DNA of 64,000 nucleotides from Oculina patagonica (Eukaryota): NCBI RefSeq assembly GCF_052425735.1, contig NC_135759.1, positions 45,074,001 to 45,138,000 of the forward strand, read 5' to 3'. Shown piece by piece: positions 1 to 11,910 of this stretch (position 1 is its first letter; each line of letters starts with the position of its first letter). The notes under the pieces were generated by a model. It saw only the letters and a program-made list of their open reading frames with translations, ran no database searches and was not told where the DNA came from. The position numbers and the translations under genes were made by a program.

Positions 1-240
1 AGGCGGAGTTGTAAAGGGGCCTACTATTCTCCCTGCATCACATTCCTTGCCCAGCTTAGATTTAACTACTTCAGGTTGTTCTAAAGCGCTTTTAAGATTG
101 GGCGATTCGTAAGCCAGCCGTTCACCAACAAAATTAACGCGAAAACCAAAACGAAAACCGTCAATAAGATAGTGAGTTAATGTCATGTCATACCCTTGAA
201 GAAAATATTTAAGACGATCCGCCTTTACCGGAGTTACCGG
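1..240 (-). CDS. N-terminal part of YR-retrotransposon reverse transcriptase ORF (partial, overlaps end of gag in another frame)
   Basis: Manual translation gives TPV..GY..L..GF..GF..N..SA......KE...GRI.GPF, the conserved leader of DIRS/Ngaro pol. Open to the window edge. Confidence 0.7.
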
Positions 241-1357
241 TTGGCTGTGTAGAACCCGGAGTAACAGCTCCTCCTCCTTTACCCTTTCCGAAACGGTTTG
301 CTGTGGTTTGAGCGTTACACTGACTACCTGGGTGTTGTGCACCACATTTAAAGCAGGAGTGCTCATAATGGCAACCGGAGCACCGCTTGCCGGCCTGAAA
401 GGCCCAGCAAGTTCCTTTTGGAAAAAAGGGTTGTCGAAAGCGCTGACGGGGTTGAGTTGGAAATTTGTTTGTAAACGGCTGTTGTTTACGAAAACTATTA
501 GCAGCCCTTAACCATAATTCCCAGTGGATTTGGTCCCACGGGTAAAGCTCTGGATTTGATTGTCTAATGTACCGGAATTGTTCGTCATACCAAAACCAAT
601 CGCCCGATTTAACGGCCAAATCACGTACAACTTCGCAATACTTCATCAAACGCGGAGTGTCACTGGCGTGACGCTCCGCATAAATGGAGACAAAAATATT
701 AAAGGCCGAAACCCATTGTTGGATAGAAACAATTTTCTTGTGCGAATGAGAGGGCTCGAGCGAAAGGTGCGGCGTGCGTGACCCGCCAGAAGGCGTCATA
801 AATAGCGAATATTTGCCGTCGTGTTGAGGGGATGAAAATAATAAGGCCCCGAAGTCAACGTATTCGTTCGCCCAAATTTTACTTTTAAGTTTAGAACTAA
901 CACGAGAGGGAAGACCCACAGAAATACTAGTAAAAATCTGTCGGGGTTGTGGATAATCCACTCCCGCGTGAGTAGGAACGTCCCCAATACCTGCCAAGTT
1001 AGTGTCCTGAGTGATGGCGCTAACTTCATCTTCGACTAAATTGACGACAGAATTGTTGCCAGGGCCGGTATTCTTGAGAACAGCAGCCAAGTTATCCGCT
1101 GAAAGTGCAGACTGGATCGCTTGCGAAACAGCGGCAGAAATGGTGTTGGTTAATGTGCTGACATCCACAGAGCCTGCTTGAGGTATGGGCGGCTGTCCTG
1201 TCTGGCCCGGTGTCTGAGAATGGCTAGGGGTTGCACTGTCACCAGCGGGCGCAACTTCTCTTAATTCTGAAGGCCTGATAGTCTTGGCCCGTTTGGCCCG
1301 TGTTGGACGGTCAGCCACAACGGTGGACTTTCTTTGCGAGCGCTTTTTGGGAGGCAT
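209..1357 (-). CDS. Gag-like ORF1 of DIRS/Ngaro element
   Basis: 382 aa with KIWANEYVDF, W..AF..F, W..YDEQFR motifs and a C-terminal Cys/His cluster (CWAFQAGKRCSGCHYEHSCFKCGAQHPGSQC). Confidence 0.8.
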   Translation of the reverse strand: MPPKKRSQRKSTVVADRPTRAKRAKTIRPSELREVAPAGDSATPSHSQTPGQTGQPPIPQAGSVDVSTLTNTISAAVSQAIQSALSADNLAAVLKNTGPGNNSVVNLVEDEVSAITQDTNLAGIGDVPTHAGVDYPQPRQIFTSISVGLPSRVSSKLKSKIWANEYVDFGALLFSSPQHDGKYSLFMTPSGGSRTPHLSLEPSHSHKKIVSIQQWVSAFNIFVSIYAERHASDTPRLMKYCEVVRDLAVKSGDWFWYDEQFRYIRQSNPELYPWDQIHWELWLRAANSFRKQQPFTNKFPTQPRQRFRQPFFPKGTCWAFQAGKRCSGCHYEHSCFKCGAQHPGSQCNAQTTANRFGKGKGGGAVTPGSTQPTGNSGKGGSS

Positions 1358-2048
1358 AACTTACAAAAAAAATGTACAATACAAGGCAGCATAAGACAAC
1401 AATAAAGAATTGCGAAATCTACTTGTTGACAAGTTAAGGAACAAAAAGGGGCGCGCCCCCCTCGACAATTAGCTACAATTGCTTTCTGGAAAAAGAAAAC
1501 CAGACAGCTGGAGAGAGGCTAAGTTAAGATGAATGGAGAAAAACATAAACAGATCGTGCGATGTCGATACATCGAACGCAACTTCTTTCAAAATGCAAAT
1601 AGCCATCGTTGGCACAAACCAAAAATTCACATATAATAGAAGTTCACAATAATTAACAACACGAGAGAGCAGGAAATAAAAAATGCCAAGTTCAAAAGAA
1701 CAAAAGTGCGAACCGCACAATAAAACAAAATGCTTTATCACATTACCGAGTGCATTGGACACTTTCCCCCATGAAAGAGGGATGGTCAAAGGGTTTGTAC
1801 ACTCAAATGGCAAAGTGAAAGCACTAAACAAACAATACCAAAGCCGTTAAAAATACGATACCAAGATCGTGAACAACGTGGTCCACTGGACCGTTAAAAC
1901 AAGAAGCCTGCCCGTGAGTGAGATAAACCCACAAATAACAATATAAAAGAGGCAAGGCAAACACTCAGAACAAATCGGCTTGGTCAAACAAATATGAACT
2001 GGCAATGAACATATAACAAAATACACTGCTCCTCAAATACAATGCTGA

Positions 2049-2627
2049 TCACGCAGCCGCCAATAAATCTCTCCAGCATCTCAAAATAGCCCCCCTCAAG
2101 CTGCGGTAAAGTTTGTAATGACCTAATCTATTAAGGTGGATACCATCGCGGTGGTAAAAACGAGATTTTGACTTCCAAAAACCCCTGTGTTGCCAGTAAG
2201 TTATATAAGGAAATGGTTCCAATACTACTTTGAGGTATCTCGTTAAAAGATTGACCTGTTTATTAAACAGGGGCGCGTTTTCCCTGTAGATTGTCTGGCA
2301 AACACATATCCTTTGCACATTATAAGTCTCGTATAATAAACGAGCAAGGTCCTCGATAGAGGAACCAGTTGTTAAAGCAGAAATTTGTGCCAGGTCATTC
2401 GTGCCCAGTACTAAAATAACAATATCAGGGGCGAAAGATGTGACGACCCCAAGATCATGCTTCCTTACTTTAGCTACAGTTCTACCTCCTATCCCGTGCC
2501 AGTGAAAAATAAGATCGTCGCTCAAGTTAAAATTTTTAACAAAATTGCGACCATAACGAGCACGAAGAAACGTATGCAAACGGTGTACAAAAGAGTGGCC
2601 GAGAATAAGTACACGTGTTGGTGCCAT
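2049..2627 (-). CDS. SGNH/GDSL-type hydrolase (esterase), transposon-borne
   Basis: Catalytic blocks GHSF (I), GG (II), LGTND (III) and DGIH (V) all present. Likely start MAPTRVLILGHS. Confidence 0.8.
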   Translation of the reverse strand: MAPTRVLILGHSFVHRLHTFLRARYGRNFVKNFNLSDDLIFHWHGIGGRTVAKVRKHDLGVVTSFAPDIVILVLGTNDLAQISALTTGSSIEDLARLLYETYNVQRICVCQTIYRENAPLFNKQVNLLTRYLKVVLEPFPYITYWQHRGFWKSKSRFYHRDGIHLNRLGHYKLYRSLRGAILRCWRDLLAAA

Positions 2628-5426
2628 TTCGGAGTTAAAATCTGCCTTATTAAAATTAAAGAATTCGTGTATGAAAAGTAAAACTGACACCAACAGCCAC
2701 TGAAGAATAAACAATGAGAAAATAATATGTAAAATATGAACTTGCCTGAAAAATAAGCTTTCCTAGCGGAACAACAGAAATAGAAATTTCTTCAGCACTC
2801 GACGTTTGAATGGCGAGGGATAGAAGGACGAATTAACCGAGTGTCCTTGCTTTTACTATAGCGAACCCCGCCCCCAAAATCCTATTGGTTAATCTTTGTA
2901 CCTGGTACGAACCTCCCAACGGGTTATCGTGTAACATGCCTCGACATAAAAAACATTATGTCTAGACATAATGTTTGTCTTTTGTACATAGTTGGAGGCA
3001 TCTAACTATGTACGAACAGTCTTCAAGAAATTTCGAGAAACAAAGTCTAGATAAAATCAATCGATTGGAACATAAAAATACAATACGGCTCAACAGGAAA
3101 TAATTTCTCTGATCAGTGACTTTATGATCATGCCTCAATGTCATTGCACTAAAAACAGGAACATAAAAACCATTGTTTAATTTTGGTGCGGTAACGTTCT
3201 TGACACTCTTGATTATTAATTGGACCGCAAACTGTTTGCAGATTCACCCAGAACGAAAGTTCAGGCATTGTTTTTTTGCTTTATTGATTTTTGATTCAGG
3301 CCTGTTAGAAAAACTTTTTTATCCCCAAGCAGACGTTTTGAAAAGACATTTCCCCACTTACAGTACAACTAATCACACAAGAAAACTAATAGAGTTAGCT
3401 TCACCCACTCAAACAGATACTCATTTAAGGAAAAAAAAAGTCTTAAATCTTGCTTAAAAATAAACAACCTCCTCAGTAAATTTTCCGCTATGTTAATGGT
3501 GCAATATAATTTATGCTCGGAGTTATCCCGCGACTTGCAAGGACTCTAAAGGCATTAGTTTTTTTAATCATTTGCCCAACTTTTAGTGTCAAAATCTATT
3601 TCAGTTGCGTGAAGAGTTAGTGTTGGCTGTCACTTATTTTCAATTTAGAGTAATAAAAATTATACATCTTATGCAAGGTTTTTTATCGGGATACATTGGC
3701 TGCCTGGTGTTAACTAAGTGAACAAAGTGCTCAAGTTATTAGATAACAATGGTAATTTTTGAAAGAAAACTCGCCAAGAAATGTTATCCGGAATAGCGAA
3801 CTTAAGTCTCACAAATATTGATCCCAATTTCTGATCCATCACTTTACCGTGAAATTTAATATATATGGCCCTCATTTACAACTCTTATGGAATTTTGCCG
3901 AGAACTATCTAGACCTATTAATTGGACACGTTAAGACCCACCCTAACTAAACCGTAGCTCTGCTATGTCTTCCTGTTTTTCCAAATAATAGCTTGAGGCA
4001 ACATCTCAACCTCATGAGAGCAGAATAACAGACATCAAAAAATATGCTTAACCGTTTTCATATATATCACTCGAATCATTAACGATTTTTCAGGTCTAAA
4101 TTATATTACCTACATATTTCTCTAAGGGGAAGGCATCGATTTAATTTTTTGTTTGAGCTTTAGATATAAAAATCGAGCATCACTAAATGTGTCCGGCACA
4201 TTTCTTATTGTATTAACCAAATCACCAGTAAAAGCATCAACACACCCAACTGATACAATAGTTCTGTTATGACTTCCTGTTTTTATATTCCTTTTTCTGT
4301 ACTATGACTCAAAAGGACATCTTAAAGTTATTGTAGCGAGTTATCAAATCATGGGGTTTGATCTAAATTGTAATCATGCATGGTGATGTTTTTGTGAATA
4401 ATCTATGAAGACATTTAGCTACGTCTTTAATTTTTTGACCGAATATGGAGTGTCAGAGTCATTTATACTCTCGTGGACAACCATTATTACACTTTGTAGA
4501 GAGGTTTTTTTCACTCCTTCATTTTTAAACCTCAACTAGTAGTTTTTATCGCACTTATTCTCTTCGCCCCCTGCTTTATGTCTGCTTTCTGAAATGAGTC
4601 GCTGATTTCTTAAGTCAATCGTTTGTTTGTCTCAATTTTACATCTCCTAAAGTTTCATGTTATTTATCATATCAAAATTTGAAAAAAAAATTGGAGCAGA
4701 TATCGCAGAGGACGTTCCTAGGACATTAAAGCCAAATATCAACCAAAATTGGTCAAACTCTACGTGTCCACGAACGTAAAATGTTAGCTTATGTTACGGC
4801 GACGTTTCTTTTAATTTCCAAGCAACCTTTTCTGTGTTCTTAAGATAAATGAAGGACAATATTTGACATTGAAGGATGGTTTCGTGAATCTGTCGCAACA
4901 ATCCTGGTGTCAGTGACAGATGGCTCGCAGATAAGAGAAAAGTACTGTTCATCTAGGTATTCAGTATCTAGTTTTATTCTTATGGCATTGATGTTTTCCC
5001 CTCCAGAAAGTACAAGACAAAATTAATAAAATAATATTTTAATTTAGACACACAAAGTAAACTCGCTTGATGTACACAAAACGATTGGCTTCACCTGTTG
5101 GCGTGTAGGGAGTTTCAAGAAATATTAAATAGTTTATATCTTGTATCGCGGATTCTAAGAAAGCTTTCCATTAATTTTTTGAAACAAAATAAAGACCCCA
5201 AAGTAGCCTTTTATATAACTTACAACTAAATCCCATTAGGACAGGACATGCTACAATTTACAAGTAAACAAAGAAGGCGATATACATGTTTTAGATTTGG
5301 ACTGATAAAGTTGATATAGTTGTCAAAGTCGTTCTCAAACGCATTAATAAGGCTATATTTTTACAAAGAATGTTCTGTTTTATTTACAGGAGTTTTTGAG
5401 TCGCCTTAAAGTTCTTATAATCCGCT

Positions 5427-6535
5427 CTAAATCCTTTGACAAACAGATTGTAGATATTCCCACGAACAGTTACCAACGTCTACGTTTTCTAAGTCCTCCA
5501 GTAACCGCGTAAGTTTGTCAACTTTGTCTTTATCAACGGAATCGTTGCAAGTTTTCTTCAATTCTCTAATCCCCGCCAAGCCAATGTGAACTGCATTAAT
5601 ACAGCCCTGTAGTTCGAGGTATAAAGCTATGTTGTTATTGTCTCCCAGATTTGGTCTCAGCACCAACCGCATGTGCGGAAGATCTTCATAACGGTGTTTA
5701 TTCACAAAATTCGGGATATTACACATATAGTTTTCAATTCTCTCAACTGCAGCTAATGCTTCATCAAAGCGGTCGCCACTAAACTCCGTTCTCTTCCATT
5801 CTCGTGTAAAAGATGAGTAATGGTCGATCTGGACAAACCCCTGCACTTGCGAACTCTGATGAATGCTTTTCATCTTGGCAGAAATCGAAAAGAAAATTAC
5901 TCTTGCCTTAATCTCAGTTGTATTCTCTGTTCTCATGTCATTTCTATTGAAAGAACAAAAAAAGAACAAGCATTTTAGCAATTCCGATCAACTTTCGTGT
6001 TTAACTACTTATAATTTAAACTCTCTCCTATGGCCTCCCTCGAGACATGCAGTGATTTTCTGATCCTAGTAGAGGGGTAGGAACAAGTAATGAAAGTAAA
6101 CACACGTGCAATTTAGAAACAAGTGTTTGTTTATGTTATTTTTTCTCACCTTTCATGTTCCGTAGTCACGATCAAAATATCCTCCATACCAATCTCTATT
6201 CCTTCAACACTGAAATTCATTCCCTTGTCGGAGTACGTTGGTGTTTCTTTGCCGGGAAGACGGTAACCTTTGCGGGCGTAAACTGAGCAAGACAAGGACA
6301 TCAGTTCTCGTCTGGTAGAAGATTCATCTTTGTGTTGATACTTTGCTGAAGCTTCAGCGAGACCCATCAACACGGAAACTTTGCCTTCTACTTCCAAATT
6401 CATCACATAGTCTTTAACTTCTCTGCCTTGGTGACGGCTTGATGAGTAGGAACATAACGGAGAACTTACGAAATGTGGGAAGTTCTTTTTATCTACTGAC
6501 TTTTCAGCATTGCCGAGAGGAACTTTGCTTAGCAT
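5427..6535 (-). CDS. Small 2-exon gene A, ~300 aa, putative divergent stand-alone stonustoxin-type MACPF/CDC-like protein; exons 6535..6150 and 5943..5427
   Basis: ATG at 6535; donor GAA AG|GTGAGA; acceptor ttcaatag|A; the phase-2 join keeps the frame (EHE-R-NDMRTE). A paralog at 47922 has the same intron. LEVEGKVSVLMGLAEASAKY resembles the SNTX TMH1 segment; VEGIEIGMEDILIV resembles the SNTX core strand V..I.YG. Gene model is firm, product call is tentative. Confidence 0.7.
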
Positions 6536-9500
6536 TTTAAGCAAAATTTGGGTTTACGAATTAAAGTCTGGATCAGTAAAGCAGAAACTGAGATTGATCA
6601 CACACAGCCCACTCGATTTTGAAAACTACTTCAAATAACTCAAACAAATTGTCTTCAAACTAAAACTATTTAATTTCCTACACTTAAAGGTTGGGGTTTA
6701 AGTCTAAGCGGAATGATTTAAATGTCTTCCTGTTTTTCTGTTTCTATGACATCGATATATGCATGTTCATCGATGAAAACAATTATAACATATTTAAAGG
6801 GGACTGTATTCTTTTCACATCAATTACATTTTTGTGACGCTTTTAAAATGGAAATGGTAATTTAAATCATCAGTTGTGAGAACCAATATTAATCAGGAAC
6901 TTCTAAGCATTTCTTGGGCACAAAAGGACAAGCTTTGCTTTGCTGTTTCGTTGATGGATATATTGGCTATATGAACCCAGCCTTGTCAACAAAATGCTTA
7001 AATTAAACGATGGGAATTTTTTTTAAAAAATGGTGTCTGGTAAAACCAAACAAAATCGCAAAAACGTTGAGCCGAACCTCTCGAAACAGCTATTCGGAAA
7101 ATAAAACAACGAGTATAGTGTTCAGTGAAGAAATTTTGAAGTAATTTCCATGACCTAAATCACAAGCTAAACGTTTTTCTTTTCTTTTAGCACCGTAGAT
7201 GTAGACATGCATCACTAATCGTGGCAATTAATTGTATCGGCTCCCGTTAACAACTCCTTTCTGAGCCAAGACCTACAGTGACGCCGCATCTATCCAAGAT
7301 AGTAATTGAACACGATTTGTAGGGTTGGCCTTAAACCGGAAATGCCGGAAACCCGGAAAACCAGAATGCTGGAAATCCGGATAAGAAAGCCCGGAATCCT
7401 AAAACCCGGAATGACCTTTTTTGTGCACGTCTTTTCAAGATAAATACGTGGAAATAGGTTCGCCTTTACTTGGATGTGTTTTGTGTTCCTGTTTGCCAAC
7501 ACCCACGCAATGCTTGACTCCACAGAAACATCGTCATTACATACTGCAACAAGTAAAGGGGACAGGAAGATTCAGAAAGCCAAGAAAATGCGGGAGGCCC
7601 ATGCCAAACATGAATAGTTTAGCCAAATATATATGCAAAAGAAATGTTAACAGCGATCCAAGAATCTTATAATAACAACATTTTGTACGTAGTTGGAGGC
7701 ATCTAACTATGTACGAACAGTCTTCAAGAAATTTCGAGAAACAAAGTCTAGATAAAACCAATCGATTGGAACATAAAAATGCAATACGGCTCAAACAGGG
7801 AATAATTTCTCTGATCAGTGACTTTAAGATCATGCCTCAATGTCATTGCACAAGAAAACAGGAACATAAAAGCCATTGTTTAATTTTGGTGCGGTAACGT
7901 TCTTGACACTCTTGATTATTAATTGGACCGCAAACTGTTTGCAGATTCACCCAGAACGAAAGTGCAGGCATTGTTTTTTGCTTTATTGATTTTTGATTCA
8001 GGCCTGTTACAAGAACTTTTTTATCCCCAACAGACGTTTTTAAAAGACATTTCCCCACTTACAGTACAACTAATCACACAAGAAAACTAATAGAGTTAGC
8101 TTCACCCACTCAAACAGATACTCATTTAAGGAAATAACTGTCTTAAATCTTGCTTGAAAATAAGCAACCTCCTTAGTAAATTTTCCGCTATGTAAATGGT
8201 GCAATATAATTTATGCGCGGAGTTATCGCGTGACTTGCAAGGACTCTAAAGGCATTAGTTTTTTTAATCATTTGCCCAACTTTTAGTGTCAAAATCTATT
8301 TCAGTTGCGTGAAGAGTTAGTGTTGGCTGTCACTTATTTTCAATTTAGAGTAATAAAAATTATACATCTTATGCAAGGTCATTCATCGGGATACATTGGC
8401 TGCCTGGTGTTAACTAAGTGAACAAAGTGCTCAAGTTATTAGATAACAATGGTAATTTTTGAAAGAAAACTCGCCAAGAAATGTTATCCGGAATAGCGAA
8501 CTAAAGTATCACAAATATTGATCCCAACTTCTGATCCATCACTTTACCGTGAAATTTAATATATATGGCCCTCATTTACAACTCTTATGGAATTTTGCCG
8601 AGAACTATCTAGACCTATTAATTGGACACGTTAAGACACACCCTAACTAAACAATAGCTCTGCTATGTCTTCCTGTTTTTCCAAATAATAGCTTGAGGCA
8701 ACATCTCAACCTCATGAGAGCAGAATAACAGACATCAAAAAATATGCTTAACCGTTTTCATATATATCACTCGAATCATTAACGATTTTTCAGGTCTAAA
8801 TTATATTACCTACATATTTCTCTAAGATGAAGGCATCGATTTAATTTTTTGTTTGAGCTTTAGATATAAAAATCGAGCATCACTAAATGTGTCCGGCACA
8901 TTTCTTATTTTATTGACCAAATCACCAGTAAAAGCATCAACACACCCTACTGATACAATAGTTTTGTTATGACTTCCTGTTTTTATATTCCTTTTTCTGT
9001 ACTATGACTCAAAAGGACATCTTAAAGTTGTTGTAGCGAGTTATCAAATCATGGGGTTTGATCTAAATTGTAATCATGCATGGTGATGTTTTTGTGAATA
9101 ATCTATGAAGACATTTAGCTACGTCTTGAATTTTTTGACCGAATATGGAGTGTCAGAGTCAATTATACTCTCGTGGACAACCATTATTATACTTTGTAGA
9201 GAGGTTTTTTTTACTCCTTCATTTTTAAACCTCAACTAGTAGTTTTTATCGCACTTATTCTCTTTGTCCCCTGCTTTATGTCTGATTTCTGAAATGAGTA
9301 GCTGATTTCTTAAGTCAATCGTTTGTTTGTCTCAATTTTACATCTCCTAAAGTTTAATGTTATTTATCATATCAAAATTTGAAAAAGAAATGGAGCAGAT
9401 ATCGCAGAGGACGTTCCTAGGACATTAAAGCCAAATATCAACCAAAATTGGTCAAACTCTACGTGTCCACGAACGTAAAATGTTAGCTTATGTTACGGCG

Positions 9501-10127
9501 ACGTTTCTTTTAATTTCCAAGCAACCTTTTCTGTGTTCTTAAGATAAATGAAGGACAATATTTGACATTGAAGGATGGTTTTGTGAATCTGTCGCAACAA
9601 TCCTGGTGTCAGTGACAGATGGCTCGCAGATAAGAGAAAACTTATGTTCATCTAGGTATTCAGTATCTAGTTTTATTCTTATGGCATTGATGTTTTCCCC
9701 TCCAGAAAGTACAAGACAAAATTAATAAAATAATATTTTAATTAAGACACACAAAGTAAACTCGCTTGATGTACACAAAATGATTGGCTTCACCTGTTGG
9801 CATGTAGGGAGTTTCAAGAAATATTAAATAGTTTATATCTTGTATCACGGATTCTAAGAAAGCTTGCCATTAATTTTTTGAAACAAAATAAAGACCCCAA
9901 AGTAGCCTTTTATATAACTAACAACTAAATCCCATTAGGACAGGATATGCTACAATTTACAAGTAAACAAAGAAGGCCATATACATGTTTTAGATTTGGA
10001 TTGATAAAGTTGATATATAGTTGTCAAAGTCGTTCTCAAACGCATTAATTAGGCTATATTTTTACAAAGAATGTTCTGTTTTATTTACAGGAGTTTTTGA
10101 GTCGCCTTAAAGTTCTTATAATCCGCT

Positions 10128-11236
10128 CTAAATCCTTTGACAAACAGATTGTAGATATTCCCACGAACAGTTACCAACGTCTACGTTTTCTAAGTCCTCC
10201 AGTAACCGCGTAAGTTTGTCAACCTTGTCTTTATCAACGGAATCGTTGCAAGTTTTCTTCAATTCTCTAATCCCCGCCAAGCCAATGTGAACTGCATTAA
10301 TACAGCCCTGTAGTTCGAGGTATAAAGCTGTGTTGTTATTGTCTCCCAGATTTGGTCTCAGCACCAACCGCATGTGCGGAAGATCTTCATAACGGTGTTT
10401 ATTCACAAAATTCGGGATATTACACATATAGTTTTCAATTCTCTCAACTGCAGCTAATGCTTCACCAAAGCGGTCGCCACTAAACTCCGTTCTCCTCTAT
10501 TCTCGTGTAAAAGATGAGTAATGGTCGATCTGGACAAACCCCTGCACTTGCGAACTCTGATGAATGCTTTTCATCTTGGCAGAAATCGAAAAGAAAATTA
10601 CTCTTGCCTTAATCTCAGTTGTATTCTCTGTTCTCTTGTCATTTCTATTAAAAGAGCAAAAAAAGAACAAGCATTTTAGCAATTCCGATCAATTTTCGTG
10701 TTTAACTACTTATAATTAAAACTCTCTCCTATGGCCTCCCTCGAGACATGCAGTGATTTTCTGATCCTAGTAGAGGGGTAGTAACAAGTAATGAAAGTAA
10801 ACACACATGCAATTTAGGAAAAAGTGTTTGTTTATGTTATTTTTTCTCACCTTTCATGTTCCGTAGTCACGATCAAAATATCCTCCATACCAATCTCTAT
10901 TCCTTCAACACTGAAATTCATTCCCTTGTCGGAGTACGTTGGTGTTTCTTTGCCGGGAAGACGGTAACCTTTGCGGGCGTAAACTGAGCAAGACAAGGAC
11001 ATCAGTTCTCGTTTGGTAGAAGATTCATCTTTGTGTTGATACTTTGCTGAAGCTTCAGCGAGACCCATCAACACAGAAACTTTGCCTTCTACTTCCAAAT
11101 TCATCACATAGTCTTTAACTTCTCTGCCTTGGTGACGGCTTGATGAGTAGGAACATAACGGAGAACTTACGAAATGTGGGAAGTTCTTTTTATGTACTGA
11201 CTTTTCAGCATTGCCGAGAGGAACTTTGCTTAGCAT
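10128..11236 (-). pseudogene. Small gene B, duplicate of gene A with premature stop; exons 11236..10851 and 10644..10128
   Basis: Near-identical to gene A, but TGG(W) has become TAG at 10499..10497 in exon 2. Confidence 0.85.
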
Positions 11237-11682
11237 TTTAAGCAAAATTTGGGTTTACGAATTAAAGTCTGGATCAGTAAAGCAGAAACTGAGATTGATC
11301 ACACACAGCCCACTCGATTTTGAAAACTACTTCAAATAACTCAAACAATTTGTCTTCAAACCAAAACTATTCAAGTTCGTTTGGGGTTAAGTCTAAGCGA
11401 AACAATTTGTATGTCTTCCTGTTTTTCTGTTTCTATGACATCGATATATGCATGTTCATCGATGAAAACAATTAGAACATATTTGAAGGGGACTGTATTC
11501 TTTTCACATCAATTACTTTTTTGTGGATCTTTTGAAAAGGAAATGGTAATTATTAAATTATTAATTGGTAATTTTAAATTATTAAATTATTAATAAAGTA
11601 AATGGTTTGAACCCAGGAGTATCAGTAGTTCGTATAGTGTGATCGTCCGGGTGAGAGTAGTTCTGAGAAGAACTGTTGTTGG

Positions 11683-11727
11683 TGACTGACGTTTCGACAA
11701 CCTGAGCGGAAGTCATCTTCAGAGTCA
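11683..11727 (-). ncRNA. Minimal type I hammerhead ribozyme in Penelope 3' region
   Basis: tgact-CTGAAGA-tgac-loop-gtc-GAAAC-GTC-agtca: stem I tgact/agtca, conserved cores, palindromic mini stem III. Confidence 0.8.
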
Positions 11728-11910
11728 AGTGAAAAGTTGTTGTCAGTCGATGATGTTATAAGTCTGGTCCGTTGAAGCTGATTGGTCAGTTAAGCCGTGA
11801 TGTTATTGGCTGTAAGACTCGTGTAAAGTTTGTCATCAGTAATTGGTCAGTTTCGATCCGTCTATTGTTAGTCTAATTAAGTCGTTCTGTTCCGTCTATT
11901 GTTAGTCAAA

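Larger units (their letters stand above)
1..2960 (-). mobile_element. DIRS/Ngaro-like tyrosine-recombinase retrotransposon, 5' part (SGNH ORF, gag-like ORF, start of RT ORF); continues beyond the left window edge
   Basis: Gag-like ORF 1357..209 overlaps a second frame starting near 240 (PVTPVKADRLKYFLQGYD...IDGFRFGFRVNF...NLKSALEQPEVV...KECDAGRIVGPF), typical of the DIRS/Ngaro RT N-terminus. SGNH ORF lies upstream on the same strand. Right boundary is approximate, set where homology to the 4.7-kb host duplication begins (~2980). Confidence 0.8.
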
